From an uncultured Methanosarcinales archaeon (GTDB lineage Archaea > Nanobdellota > Nanobdellia > Woesearchaeales > CAZYIM01), in the NCBI GenBank assembly GCA_964647565.1, contig CAZYIM010000009.1:11266-75265 (forward strand): a stretch of 64,000 nucleotides of DNA, given 5' to 3'. Below the pieces are notes generated by a model. The model saw only the letters and a list, made by a program, of their open reading frames with translations. It was not told where the DNA came from and made no database searches. The position numbers were made by a program, and so were the translations under genes. This document shows, piece after piece, positions 39,640-49,532 of this stretch. How positions within the stretch are numbered: position 1 is the first letter of the stretch; every line of letters starts with the position of its first letter.

Positions 39640-40377
39640 ATGAACTTAGAAATACTCAAGAAAATAGGATTATCTGAAGGTGAGATAAAAGTATATGGTG
39701 CCTTGTTAGAAATAGGAGTGACTTCTATTAATAATATTCATGAAAAAATAGGAATAGATAGAAGGAATATCTACGATATCCTGAACAAACTTATTGAACG
39801 AGGACTTGTGTCATATATAGAAACAAACGGAATACGCACATTCAGAATATCAAATCCTGATAAACTCATCAGTTATATTGAAGAAAAAAAGTCAAGATTA
39901 GACAATATAAAAAGTGAAGTTACCAAGATCATGCCCGCAATACATGATATGTTCCAGTCCGAAAAACAAAAGATGTTTGCAGAAATATTCAAAGGTGCTG
40001 AAGGATTAAAAGCAGTTTGGGATGACTTACTTAATTATGATGCAATATACTGGATAGGTTCAGGAGGATATGTTCCGGAACAGTACACCGCATATTTTAA
40101 TGATTGGAATAAAAGGAGAAAGAGAAAAGGTGTTAAAAGCTATCATTTGTATAGATCTGAAAAGTGGAAATTTGCTTTAAAGTCATGGTTTACAGATGCA
40201 AGAGTTCTTCCGCCAGAATTTTCAGGAAATCCAACTGTAACTGTTACTTACGGAGATAAAGTTACGCAAATGCTTTTAGGAGAAGAAATTGCAGTTTTTG
40301 TCATTCAAAGCAAGGAATTGGCTGAAAATTACAAGAAATACCATAAGTTCTTGTGGGATAAGGTCGCAAAAGTTTAG
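39640..40377 (+). CDS. TrmB-family transcriptional regulator
   Basis: LKKIGLSEGEIKVYGALLE, RRNIYDILNKLIERGLV; paralog of the gene at 4258. Confidence 0.9.
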   Translation: MNLEILKKIGLSEGEIKVYGALLEIGVTSINNIHEKIGIDRRNIYDILNKLIERGLVSYIETNGIRTFRISNPDKLISYIEEKKSRLDNIKSEVTKIMPAIHDMFQSEKQKMFAEIFKGAEGLKAVWDDLLNYDAIYWIGSGGYVPEQYTAYFNDWNKRRKRKGVKSYHLYRSEKWKFALKSWFTDARVLPPEFSGNPTVTVTYGDKVTQMLLGEEIAVFVIQSKELAENYKKYHKFLWDKVAKV

Positions 40378-40475
40378 TCGTTTATTGAATTGGTGGACAG
40401 GTTTATTTTATCTATGATCGAACAATATCAAAAAATATTAAAACTCTATTCACTAATGCATTTTAGGGGGATAAA

Positions 40476-40703
40476 ATGTTAGCGTATGTATTGATATCTT
40501 TGTGTGAGTGTGATGAGAAGGAATTACTCCAGGATCTGATGAGACATAAGGAATCTGTCGACGGCCATATTCTCTTCGGAGAGTGGGATCTTATATTGAA
40601 GATCAAAACTGAAAGTCCGGAACATGCCGGCAGTTTTGTGATGGAGAAGATCCGAAGCCTTGAAGATGTGAAACTGACCAGCACACATATCGTGGCTAAG
40701 TAA
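40476..40703 (+). CDS. Stand-alone Lrp/AsnC ligand-binding (RAM) domain protein
   Basis: AYVLI, LFGEWDLILKI, IRSLEDVKLTSTHI. Confidence 0.85.
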   Translation: MLAYVLISLCECDEKELLQDLMRHKESVDGHILFGEWDLILKIKTESPEHAGSFVMEKIRSLEDVKLTSTHIVAK

Positions 40704-40707
40704 TACT

Positions 40708-41271
40708 ATGACTAAGAAAGAACTTAGATTCATAGGTATAGATGACTCGCCTTTCGATAAGCTGCAAAGGCAGCCAGTTCTTGTAATCGGAACTATATTC
40801 CGCGGAGGGGAGTTCATGGACGGCCTGGTCTCCTGCTATGTAGAGAAAGATGGGGAAGATGCAACTCTTAAACTAATAGATCTTATCAACAACTGTAAGT
40901 TCAAGACACAGCTCAAGGCCATCTTTTTGGACGGTATCGCAGTAGGAGGTTTTAATGTTATTAATGCGAAATCCTTGAATAAGCTTACAGGCATCCCTGT
41001 AATTGTTGTGATGAGGGACTATCCTGATTTCAAGAAGATGTATACTGCCTTAAAGAACCTGGGCATGGAAAAAAAGATAGATATCATAAAGAAGATGCCC
41101 AAGCCAAAAAAAGCAAGCCAGATCTACATCCAAAATATAGGCCTGACACTGAAAACAGCAAGAGAATACCTAAAGATCAGCGCAACCCATTCTTATCTGC
41201 CAGAACCAATAAGGATTGCGCATCTGATAACCCAAGGAATCGTCATGGGAGAAAGCAAAGGACGCGCTTAA
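40708..41271 (+). CDS. DUF99 / endonuclease V-like protein
   Basis: IGIDDSPF, DGEDAT, LDGIAVGGFNV, PEPIRIAHLI. Confidence 0.85.
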   Translation: MTKKELRFIGIDDSPFDKLQRQPVLVIGTIFRGGEFMDGLVSCYVEKDGEDATLKLIDLINNCKFKTQLKAIFLDGIAVGGFNVINAKSLNKLTGIPVIVVMRDYPDFKKMYTALKNLGMEKKIDIIKKMPKPKKASQIYIQNIGLTLKTAREYLKISATHSYLPEPIRIAHLITQGIVMGESKGRA

Positions 41272-41906
41272 TCAACAAATACCCATTTCTGTCTTTTGAA
41301 AACCAAGGTAAGCAAAATAACTATAACAGATTTGATTGTAGCATCAAGAAACATCTTAAATGCTGCAGCTTTAAAGAACGTCAATGGGAACAGGGTTATT
41401 AGCAAGGAATCCACTGGAAATGTATAATTCCCTTGCGGAAAGAATACTTGATGAAAGGATTCAAAAGCAGAGCCAAAGTTTAGGAAAAGAAGCCCCAACA
41501 CCACCATCAGCCCAATAGCTATCAAAGGGGCAATAAAGGTGACCTTGAAAAGATTAGTAAGAAAGTTTTTAGAATCATGATAAGAGACCCAGATTAACAA
41601 CAACAGAAGCAGACCTATTAAAACATAGTAGATAACATCTAAGGGTTGTATGATATCTTTGACATCCTGCAGATGAGATGCCTGATCGCCTTCAAAGAAT
41701 CTCAACTCTTCCTTATCCCGAAAAAAACCAAACAGATTATCTGTAATCGCCTCTGTCTTCTCAAGACCAAGCACATCAACAACACCATTCTTAGCATACT
41801 GTTTCCTGTAGAATGGCTTGTCGTAAAACACATGAAAAAAAGAGCTCACAATAATGATAAATGCGAGAACAATAGAAGCAATTATCACAGGGATCTTGAT
41901 CTTCAT
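41268..41906 (-). CDS. Integral membrane protein, DUF1461/TIGR01906-like
   Basis: HLQDVK, FESFHQVFFPQGNYTF, LITLFP; 4 TM helices. Confidence 0.8.
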   Translation of the reverse strand: MKIKIPVIIASIVLAFIIIVSSFFHVFYDKPFYRKQYAKNGVVDVLGLEKTEAITDNLFGFFRDKEELRFFEGDQASHLQDVKDIIQPLDVIYYVLIGLLLLLLIWVSYHDSKNFLTNLFKVTFIAPLIAIGLMVVLGLLFLNFGSAFESFHQVFFPQGNYTFPVDSLLITLFPLTFFKAAAFKMFLDATIKSVIVILLTLVFKRQKWVFVD

Positions 41907-41928
41907 GAAATGATTAAATAGAGCAGGA

Positions 41929-42570
41929 TTAATAAATATTCTTAATTTGTTCAATAGTCAGATCAGAAAGAGAAGATACAAGAAGATTGGCGGGATATTT
42001 TTCAGATTTAGGATCAACAACAAGACCTATACATTTCATGCCAGCGTTCTTTGCAGCAAGCATACCTGCAATCGCGTCTTCAATAACAACGGCTTCAGAA
42101 GGATTTATATCCAGCTGCTCTGCTGTCTTCAAATATATCTCAGGATCTGGCTTACATTTATCTACTTCGTCACCACAGACAATCCTCTCAAAAAAATCAA
42201 CCAGATTAAGCGCTCCCAGAGTTGCATATACTACTTCTTTAATTGAAGAAGACGCAACTGCCAAAGGTATACCATTGTCGTGCAAGGTTTTTATCAAATC
42301 AACAGCACCTTCAATAGGATCCACATGTGTTTTGATCTCTTTGAGGACACGATTGTTCTTCTCGTTAATAAGCGTACCAACATCCATTCTTTTGTCTCCT
42401 AGCAATTCAACAAAGAACTCTGCAGTTTTTCTTCCGGCAAACCTGCGAGTGATTTCTTCAGGAGATAAGTCAACTCCCTCTCTAGAAAGTATCTGGTGCT
42501 CGACAGAGGAATGAATTTTCTGCGAATCAGCAATAACACCATCCATATCAAATATAACTGCTTTGATCAT
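41929..42570 (-). CDS. HAD-family phosphatase (beta-phosphoglucomutase-like)
   Basis: IFDMDGVIADS, VASSS, KPDPEIY, IEDA..G. Confidence 0.92.
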   Translation of the reverse strand: MIKAVIFDMDGVIADSQKIHSSVEHQILSREGVDLSPEEITRRFAGRKTAEFFVELLGDKRMDVGTLINEKNNRVLKEIKTHVDPIEGAVDLIKTLHDNGIPLAVASSSIKEVVYATLGALNLVDFFERIVCGDEVDKCKPDPEIYLKTAEQLDINPSEAVVIEDAIAGMLAAKNAGMKCIGLVVDPKSEKYPANLLVSSLSDLTIEQIKNIY

Positions 42571-42614
42571 AAGATGCATCTAATCCAAAAGCATTAATAT
42601 AGTTTGTGGAAAAA

Positions 42615-44618
42615 CTAGTCTAGAATCTCTTTTAACAATCTGCCATCAACCTCATGAGGAGGTCTGATACCCATCAGATGTAAAATAGTCGGATATTGGT
42701 CTACATTACCAATAGGTTCCTCAATCTGAAATCCTTTTTTCACTCCAGGACCCGTGATGATAAAAGGAGTCCACATACCCCTGGTTTCGTTGGCAAAGAT
42801 GGCTTGCTTATAGCCAGACTTTAAAGGTTCTGAAAAGATTTCATGATCCGCTGTCATCTCTTCATTCCAACCATAGCCGGCCTCGTTGGTAATTACCAGA
42901 TCACCAACTCTATCAGTTGGAAGATCCAAATATTCACTAACATCCTCCCAGGGGGTCACTGCCCTGACAGGTCTTACTCCTGTCTGAACATCTTCAAGTT
43001 CCAACAAAGCCTTACTAACCTCTTTTCTGAGCTTGTCATATTCATATCCTGATGCCCTCGTCCAGTTTCCTCCCAAACCATCAGGATGGATATAGATATT
43101 GTCCATCTTCAGGTATATTACCTGAGAAGCATCCCAATCAATTATTGGCTCACCAGTCTTAACATTAATCTCGAAATGTAGCCAGTCTTTCTCTGCAAAA
43201 AGGTTGTTTAGCCTGACCCATCTGTCAAGAGGGACTGCACCATGATCTGAACTCAATACGATGATTGTATTCTTATCTGAATTGTCAAGAATCTGCCCTA
43301 TCATCGTGTCAAGACTCTTATACATATCAAGAACCTCGTCCCAAAGCTGTTCCCGTTCCTCGGGCCAGACCCAACCATATCTTCTGCTTTTAGGATCAAC
43401 ATACCCAAGCCACCACCTGCTGGTCAGCATCTGGTTGGGAGAGTAGATATCGTGGATAATGACATTAGAATCATATTGCCTGATTACAAAAGGTATTGAT
43501 CTAGTGTGCCAATCAAAGCTCAAATGCATCTCCTGTAAAAATGTCTGTTTGTCTTCCCCATAATATATCAATTGAGGTGGAAAATTATCAACAAAATCAA
43601 CCATAGGTCCGACATTATCAACAAGATCACCTGAAACCCACATAGGTTCAACGTTATAGTCATTAAGATTGTTATAAAAAAGCCGAATCCTGAAAAAACC
43701 GTCATCTTCAAGCTTGATAACGTGGCATTTGACATGAGATTCAACATTAAGTTCTCCCCATTCCAAGGTTAGGGGAATCCAATCACTCCATTCACCTTCC
43801 TTTAGAGGCCCGATCCTTGCTTTCTTGTCTGTAGAAAATATGACCTGATCATAATTTATTTTCCTGTCATCAGTAGAATCATAGATATATGCAAATAGAG
43901 TACTTCCCCAGCCATCAAGCCTTATCTCTTTAGGTCTAGCATAAGACTTGGGCTGCACCACCCAGCCTCCAGGTTTGTCAGCAGCAACATATTGAGTAAG
44001 TTGGGGGCCAAAGTAAAACAGTCTAGAACCTCTCCCTTGTTTTCTTTTTTGTTCAAGGTCTTCTGTAGACTCGAAATTAAGAGCATGAAAATCTGCACCC
44101 CAGCCGCCCCATCTCCCTCTGACAGTTATACCTTTTTCAAGCTCGGGCGGTGTAGAACCTGGCATAGACAGCAATAAAACCTCCAACCCGTTCCGCTCTA
44201 AAGTGGTCCAGATCGGATCAACTTTTTTTGCAGCTGAAGAAAAGCCTCCAATTGCCACCTTGTTTAAAGGTTGACCTTCAACATGCATTGGACCGTCTGC
44301 AACACCGTGCTTTTCTGGAAAGGTCCCTGTAAGCAAGGTAGCAAAGTTAGTAGGTGTGTGACTCGGAAAGACAGGAACAGAATAACCATATGATCCTCGA
44401 TCCATCATCCTCTTTATATTGGGCAGTTCGCCTGATTCTGCCCATCCATATATATTGAAAAGGTCAGGGTCAGCTCTCATACCGTCAGGGACGAACCAGT
44501 AAAGTCGCAAGGTCGAATCCTGCACTGTTTTAACTGACTTTTTTACAGGAGCATCAAAGTCGCAAAAGTTCACCAGTATGATTAGCAGAAGTATAAGCAA
44601 AACAAGATTTTTATTCAT
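42615..44618 (-). CDS. Alkaline-phosphatase superfamily / nucleotide pyrophosphatase-phosphodiesterase
   Basis: N-terminal anchor; DGMR, PSHTPTNFATLLTG, SDHG, VDQYPTILHLMG. Confidence 0.85.
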   Translation of the reverse strand: MNKNLVLLILLLIILVNFCDFDAPVKKSVKTVQDSTLRLYWFVPDGMRADPDLFNIYGWAESGELPNIKRMMDRGSYGYSVPVFPSHTPTNFATLLTGTFPEKHGVADGPMHVEGQPLNKVAIGGFSSAAKKVDPIWTTLERNGLEVLLLSMPGSTPPELEKGITVRGRWGGWGADFHALNFESTEDLEQKRKQGRGSRLFYFGPQLTQYVAADKPGGWVVQPKSYARPKEIRLDGWGSTLFAYIYDSTDDRKINYDQVIFSTDKKARIGPLKEGEWSDWIPLTLEWGELNVESHVKCHVIKLEDDGFFRIRLFYNNLNDYNVEPMWVSGDLVDNVGPMVDFVDNFPPQLIYYGEDKQTFLQEMHLSFDWHTRSIPFVIRQYDSNVIIHDIYSPNQMLTSRWWLGYVDPKSRRYGWVWPEEREQLWDEVLDMYKSLDTMIGQILDNSDKNTIIVLSSDHGAVPLDRWVRLNNLFAEKDWLHFEINVKTGEPIIDWDASQVIYLKMDNIYIHPDGLGGNWTRASGYEYDKLRKEVSKALLELEDVQTGVRPVRAVTPWEDVSEYLDLPTDRVGDLVITNEAGYGWNEEMTADHEIFSEPLKSGYKQAIFANETRGMWTPFIITGPGVKKGFQIEEPIGNVDQYPTILHLMGIRPPHEVDGRLLKEILD

Positions 44619-44716
44619 TAGCTTAGGAACCTAAAACTAATATATTATCTTTTCGGTAAGAAAGAAATTTCATTTATAAACCACCAGAAACTTACAAAAT
44701 CTTAATGATTTTGAAG

Positions 44717-44743
44717 TTCTGAAATGTCTGGAGCATTTCAGAA
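44717..44743. repeat. Intergenic inverted repeat (hairpin)
   Basis: TTCTGAAATG-N7-CATTTCAGAA between divergent genes. Confidence 0.6.
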
Positions 44744-44821
44744 ACCCTTCGGAAAACTCTGGAAAAGGTTTATTAAAGGAAAGATCTGCCTAGAATTAAG
44801 AAATTTTGTGAGGTGGATCGT

Positions 44822-46138
44822 ATGAAAAAAATAGTATTAGCTATAGCTATATTGTCTGTCTTGATGACAGAATTGATCAGTGCAGAGGTCTTGATAACAG
44901 AGGTGCTTTATGACCCTGTGACCTCAACTGCAGAAGCAGTTGAATTGTATAATATTGGCGGCCAAACAATTGATATCTCTGGCTGGAAACTGGCAACAGA
45001 AGCATCTTTGCAGGATGCCACTATTCCAGATAACGTTAGTCTGGAACCTGGACAACACTATCTTGTCACAGATCCTGGTTTTGCAGCCAACAAGGATAAC
45101 AGCTCATGGCCCGATCCAGATTATGAAGAGACTATACAACTCTACAACGATAATTCAGGCGTAGCTATCATCAACGGCAACATAACTTCAGATGCTGTTG
45201 GTTGGGGTGATGCTGTTGATATTGATGCAGGTTTTTTCGAAGGGGTTCCTGCAGCTGATTGTTCAAAAGGAGAAAGTCTTCAAAGAATTTACAGTAGTTC
45301 CTTTGCAGACAGTAACAACAACTCAATAGATTTTTTCTGCGGATATCCTGAGCTGAAAAACAGTGTGCTAGTTGAAGAAGATGAAGAGGAAATCAACAAT
45401 TCTCCAGAAATCAACTCTACAAACGGAATTACAATCAATCTGGAAGTTGAGAACTCAAATCCAGTTGTCCATGAAATAACTCTTGATCAAGACGATAGTT
45501 CAGAAGTGGGAATACAACTAATGCCCATCGCCGGCCAGACAAAAGATATCTTTATCCAAACCATTGTGAGCGATGAAAATGGAATTGACGATATAGACTC
45601 AGTAGAAGTTGAAATTGGACCAATAACCAGATCACTATGGAAACAACAGGAACTGAATACAACATCAGCCATATATAATGTCAGTGTCGGATTGGATTTT
45701 TTTATGCCAGCAGGTAACTACCAGCTTTTTGTCTCTGCAAAAGACAGGGGAAATACAACTGGCTTACAGACCGAGGATCTTGAATATAAAAGCCTAAGTG
45801 CTATTGATGTTGATTCACAGATCGCTTTATCTGCGTTTGCTGGAAATGAAAAAAACCAATCGATAGAGATACGGAATCTTGGAAACACAATTGTAAATGT
45901 GGAACTCTCAGGAACAGACCTTGAAAATGAAAAAGGTATTATTCCTGTCAGCAGCATATTTTACTCCTTCGACAACTTCTTGACATCTACATTGTTGTCA
46001 AAGACTGCTGAGTTGCAGAGTATCAATCTACAGCCAGGAGAGAATTCTGGCAAGTTCATGGATCTAAGCATAAGGATTCCAGAAGGTTCAGATGCAGGAA
46101 GTTATTCAGGAACCATATTTGTGAACACAGTTGATTGA
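44822..46138 (+). CDS. Secreted lamin-tail-domain protein with Ig-like domains
   Basis: Signal peptide; VLITEVLYDP, EAVELYN, IDISGW, DAVGWG, DSNNNSIDF; GAGGTG RBS. Confidence 0.85.
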   Translation: MKKIVLAIAILSVLMTELISAEVLITEVLYDPVTSTAEAVELYNIGGQTIDISGWKLATEASLQDATIPDNVSLEPGQHYLVTDPGFAANKDNSSWPDPDYEETIQLYNDNSGVAIINGNITSDAVGWGDAVDIDAGFFEGVPAADCSKGESLQRIYSSSFADSNNNSIDFFCGYPELKNSVLVEEDEEEINNSPEINSTNGITINLEVENSNPVVHEITLDQDDSSEVGIQLMPIAGQTKDIFIQTIVSDENGIDDIDSVEVEIGPITRSLWKQQELNTTSAIYNVSVGLDFFMPAGNYQLFVSAKDRGNTTGLQTEDLEYKSLSAIDVDSQIALSAFAGNEKNQSIEIRNLGNTIVNVELSGTDLENEKGIIPVSSIFYSFDNFLTSTLLSKTAELQSINLQPGENSGKFMDLSIRIPEGSDAGSYSGTIFVNTVD

Positions 46139-46139
46139 A

Positions 46140-47276
46140 ATGAAAATTATTTTTTTTATTCTTATTCTACAATTATGTTCGTGCAGCCTGGCGAGTGCCC
46201 TCACTCTCGGAGTTTCCCCCTCTGACATCAGCCTGACACTCGCCAAAAGCACGACTGCAAAAAAAGAATTCTACATCCAGGCCTATGATAGCCTCCCAGT
46301 AAATTTGACTATTGAGACAGAAGGTAGGCTAGAAAGCTCAATAAAACCATCTCGAAGAAAACTAACGCTAAATAATGAAACTAAAAAGCTTTCATTTAAA
46401 ATAACTGCACCAGAACATCTAGAAAATAATGTATATGCTGGCAGGATTGTAATCAAGCCAGATATAGATAAAAAATTTCTGAATATGGTACCATCTGTCT
46501 CGCTAAAGATAAATCTTAACATAACAGGAGAGGAGGTTGTTGACACAAAGATCACAGAATTTCAAGCAGAAGACAGCGAGGAAAACCAAAGCATTTACTT
46601 CGACATTAAAATGGAAAATAATGGTAATGTAGTTAATTTCCCTATGTTAGTTATCAACATCAGCCAGCTCAATAACAGTTGGGAGTTTCGAAAAGCACTT
46701 GGGGAGATCAATCCGGGTGAAGAAAGGATTGATCAGGTTGAATTCAAAATTGAAAACATTTCTCTAGGCAATTACTCAGCCGTAGCACATCTTGTAATCC
46801 AAAACAATAAGACTAATTTAAGCCATAACAATTTCAGTATATTTTCAAAAGGAACTTTTTCAAGAAATGCATCTATAAAGAACATAACGTTTTCTGCTCC
46901 AATTCAAGACAAGGAAATGAAAATAACTGTCCCGATCCAAAATACGGGGAAATTCCCGATTCAAAGTAAAGTAGTTATTGAGATTTACAAGGATCATGTC
47001 TTTGAAAAACATATGGAAAGCGAAGAGCTAACAATCAAGAGAGATGAAATTAAAGAGATAGACCTATTCTATATACCTGAAGCATCTGGATCTTACACTA
47101 TCCAGGCTAAAATCTATTATGAAGGTAAAGAGTCAAAGAAAATTGAAACAGAATTCACAATCAAGAACAATCTCCAGATCATCACAGCCAACATTGTCAA
47201 AAGCGAGGCTACAGGTGGTGTTTTCATTATAGCATTGATATTAATCGGGTTTTTCATCTGGAGGCGATTAAAATGA
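46140..47276 (+). CDS. Surface protein with Ig-like domains and a C-terminal TM anchor
   Basis: Signal peptide; LGVSP, NNGNV, NTGK beta-sandwich motifs; C-terminal TM followed by RR. Confidence 0.75.
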   Translation: MKIIFFILILQLCSCSLASALTLGVSPSDISLTLAKSTTAKKEFYIQAYDSLPVNLTIETEGRLESSIKPSRRKLTLNNETKKLSFKITAPEHLENNVYAGRIVIKPDIDKKFLNMVPSVSLKINLNITGEEVVDTKITEFQAEDSEENQSIYFDIKMENNGNVVNFPMLVINISQLNNSWEFRKALGEINPGEERIDQVEFKIENISLGNYSAVAHLVIQNNKTNLSHNNFSIFSKGTFSRNASIKNITFSAPIQDKEMKITVPIQNTGKFPIQSKVVIEIYKDHVFEKHMESEELTIKRDEIKEIDLFYIPEASGSYTIQAKIYYEGKESKKIETEFTIKNNLQIITANIVKSEATGGVFIIALILIGFFIWRRLK

Positions 47277-47328
47277 AATTGCATCGATCCGACGAGGATT
47301 TAAAATCTAATCTCATCGAACGTTTTTT

Positions 47329-47346
47329 ATATGTGAGTACACATAT
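47329..47346. promoter_or_regulatory. Palindromic operator of the antitoxin/PIN operon
   Basis: ATATGTG-AGTA-CACATAT next to a TTTTAT box, about 30 nt before the antitoxin start. Confidence 0.6.
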
Positions 47347-47374
47347 TACACATATAAAACCAAAAGGTGATAGT

Positions 47375-47593
47375 ATGCCGAACATGACCTTGTCGATACC
47401 AAAGGAACTACACAACATCGTAAAACAACACTCTGAGATTAAATGGAGTGAGATAGCCAGGAGGGCAATGTGGATTCAAGCCAGAAAGTTGAAACTAATG
47501 GACGAATTAACAAAAAAAAGTAAACTATCTGAAAAAGACATAGAAGAACTAGACCATAAAATAAAAGCAGGACTTCTGAAAAGGTTTGTGTGA
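47375..47593 (+). CDS. Ribbon-helix-helix antitoxin (VapB-like)
   Basis: MPNMTLSIPKELH...EIKWSEIARRA; GGTGA RBS; TGATG overlap with the PIN gene. Confidence 0.8.
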   Translation: MPNMTLSIPKELHNIVKQHSEIKWSEIARRAMWIQARKLKLMDELTKKSKLSEKDIEELDHKIKAGLLKRFV

Positions 47594-48003
47594 TGAAACT
47601 TATTATAGATACCAATGTAATTTTATCTGCCCTACTTAGAAAATGTCTAACTAGAAAGATCATTCTTTCCCAAAATGTTGAATAATACATAACAGATTAT
47701 GTAATAGATGAAATAAACAAATACAGGAGTTACATAGTTGAGAAATCTGCCCTATCTCCTAAAGAATTAAAAATTCTCTTCAATTTAATAATGGCGAACC
47801 TAGTCATAATCTCTGAGAAAGAAGTGAAATTAAAAATAAAAGAAGCTACAGAAATAATGAAAAATATAGATCCAAAAGATGCACCTATTGTTGCATGCGC
47901 ATTATCAGTACAAAATGAAGGAATTTGGAGTGAATATAAGCATTTATTTAAACAAAAGATAATAAAAGTATGGCATACCCAAGATTTGATGAAATTTATT
48001 TAA
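47593..48003 (+). pseudogene. PIN-domain (VapC-like) toxin pseudogene
   Basis: MKLIIDTNVILSAL... with an in-frame TAA at 47683-47685, continuing to DPKDAPIVACAL and IWSEYKH. Confidence 0.8.
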
Positions 48004-48015
48004 TAATATTCTAGG

Positions 48016-48273
48016 TTATCTCTTTTCCCTTTTTTTCAGCCACCACTTCTTGATAAACGGCAGTGTTAAAGTAGACAGCACGAAACCTGCAGTCGGCACC
48101 AAGGCAGATAGCAATGGCATCGGCGCTTTGATTGCCAATAGAAAGAGAACCACAATAACATAAGTCATCAAAGCAATCGTGATCCTGCGAAAAGCGCTGA
48201 CCTCCCAGGCCTTATCTCCCTCGACACGCTGGTTTCGCTTTTTTATTTCCTGAACGTCTTTTTCAAGGTCCAT
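48016..48273 (-). CDS. Small two-TM hypothetical protein
   Basis: MDLEKDVQEIKKRNQRVEGDKAWEVSAFRR followed by 2 TM segments. Confidence 0.75.
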   Translation of the reverse strand: MDLEKDVQEIKKRNQRVEGDKAWEVSAFRRITIALMTYVIVVLFLLAIKAPMPLLSALVPTAGFVLSTLTLPFIKKWWLKKREKR

Positions 48274-48336
48274 AGAACATATAATAAAAGTTAAATATTT
48301 AAAACTATTGGATTTAAATATCCATATGCTCGACAC

Positions 48337-48894
48337 TTAATCTAGAAAGTTTTGTTCATAAGCAGCAAGCAAACCAGTATAAAGTGCAGGATCTTTGATC
48401 TCTTTGGCTTGCCTTGCGGATAATCCATCTGGAAGCACTACTTTGGAATCATCTACAATGAACTCATTCATAAACTCTACTGTCTTTTTAGGATTATTGA
48501 TCAATGCATCACTAACAAGGGTAATCTTATATTTATCACCTTGCGGCTCGAGTATCCTGAAAATAATACCAGGAGTCATATAGTTAAAAGTCCCTTCATC
48601 AGCATCATAGATGCCTTCTCGCTCACTGAACAAGTCATCAAATTTGTACTTGGTAAGAACATAAGCCATAGCATTCTTGCCTTTATACTCAAAATCTCTT
48701 GCTAGGTATTGGACAGGATCCCCGCTGACTTCATTGCCTTCCCTAGCGTCTCCGTGCGTCAGCACATCTTCAAGTATCTTTCCAGGAACACCCCTATCAA
48801 AGTAAGTTGCTGCATCATGATCAACCTTTATTTGACAGCTGCTAAATATGGTTGTCATCAACAATGCGGTAAATAATGTCTTAAACGGTTTCAT
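48337..48894 (-). CDS. Putative lipoprotein
   Basis: MKPFKTLFTALLMTTIFSSC lipobox-like signal. Confidence 0.6.
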   Translation of the reverse strand: MKPFKTLFTALLMTTIFSSCQIKVDHDAATYFDRGVPGKILEDVLTHGDAREGNEVSGDPVQYLARDFEYKGKNAMAYVLTKYKFDDLFSEREGIYDADEGTFNYMTPGIIFRILEPQGDKYKITLVSDALINNPKKTVEFMNEFIVDDSKVVLPDGLSARQAKEIKDPALYTGLLAAYEQNFLD

Positions 48895-48949
48895 TTTAAA
48901 CAGGGAATGCCTCAAAATTTATAAATGTTGCGTCATTTACTCCTTATTC

Positions 48950-49531
48950 ATGGCAATAACCTCTATAATCGGAGCACCAGGCGTTGGTAAGTCATTTCTG
49001 ACCCAACAATTAGCAGCGTTAGACTGTCTACCATGCTTTCTTGAAGGCGAGGAAGGCATCATCCCTGATGATGTTTTTGAGTCCTGTTTCACAGGCAATC
49101 CTGTCAAAAGGTTTACATGGTTCATAGACAGGTTCAAGAAGAACATGGCAAGAGCAAAAAAGATCTCTGATTCAGGCATCACCTGCTATGTTGACGGCGC
49201 AGCCATCACAGACACAGCCATCATGCTCTATGAAGATAAAAAGTACCACTCCCAGCTAAAACCCATTGTTGATTCTGCAGCACATCTCGAATCAGATATC
49301 ACTGTTCTTGTAACTGCAAGCGAAGCAAGACTCAAAGAACTAATCCTGGCGAGAGGCAGGCAGTCTGAACCTGTAGAAAAGGCTTTAAAGCGAGCAATCA
49401 AGATCCAGAACATCTTCCTTAAACTAATCAAGGATGAACAGAACTGTATCCTTATCGATAGATCAAATCTTGATTTTAAAAAAGAAAAAGATCTAAAAGA
49501 AATAAATGAAAAAATAAAAAAAATAAAATAA
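48950..49531 (+). CDS. P-loop kinase (deoxynucleoside/nucleotide kinase-like)
   Basis: GAPGVGKS Walker A; ARGRQSE lid. Confidence 0.75.
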   Translation: MAITSIIGAPGVGKSFLTQQLAALDCLPCFLEGEEGIIPDDVFESCFTGNPVKRFTWFIDRFKKNMARAKKISDSGITCYVDGAAITDTAIMLYEDKKYHSQLKPIVDSAAHLESDITVLVTASEARLKELILARGRQSEPVEKALKRAIKIQNIFLKLIKDEQNCILIDRSNLDFKKEKDLKEINEKIKKIK

Positions 49532-49532
49532 A

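Noticed and set aside
47273..47374. ORF-track N-terminal extension of the antitoxin, and similar extensions at 2475, 2938, 6414, 7675, 12651, 36995, 48848 and 63832
   Set aside because: Downstream starts have RBS motifs, stop-start coupling or family-typical N-termini, while the extensions overlap promoters or neighbouring genes
12556..47685. Stop-codon reassignment suggested by two in-frame stops
   Set aside because: The two stops differ (TAG and TAA), and TAA, TAG and TGA all end conserved genes normally elsewhere in the window
48016..48273. N-terminus MDLEKDVQEIKKRN resembles the array leader
   Set aside because: It lacks the L-x-x-L-x-[IF] second half, is isolated from the array, and continues into RN.RVE.DKAWE.S, which looks like a separate small membrane-protein family; probably coincidental, though worth scoring with the HMM
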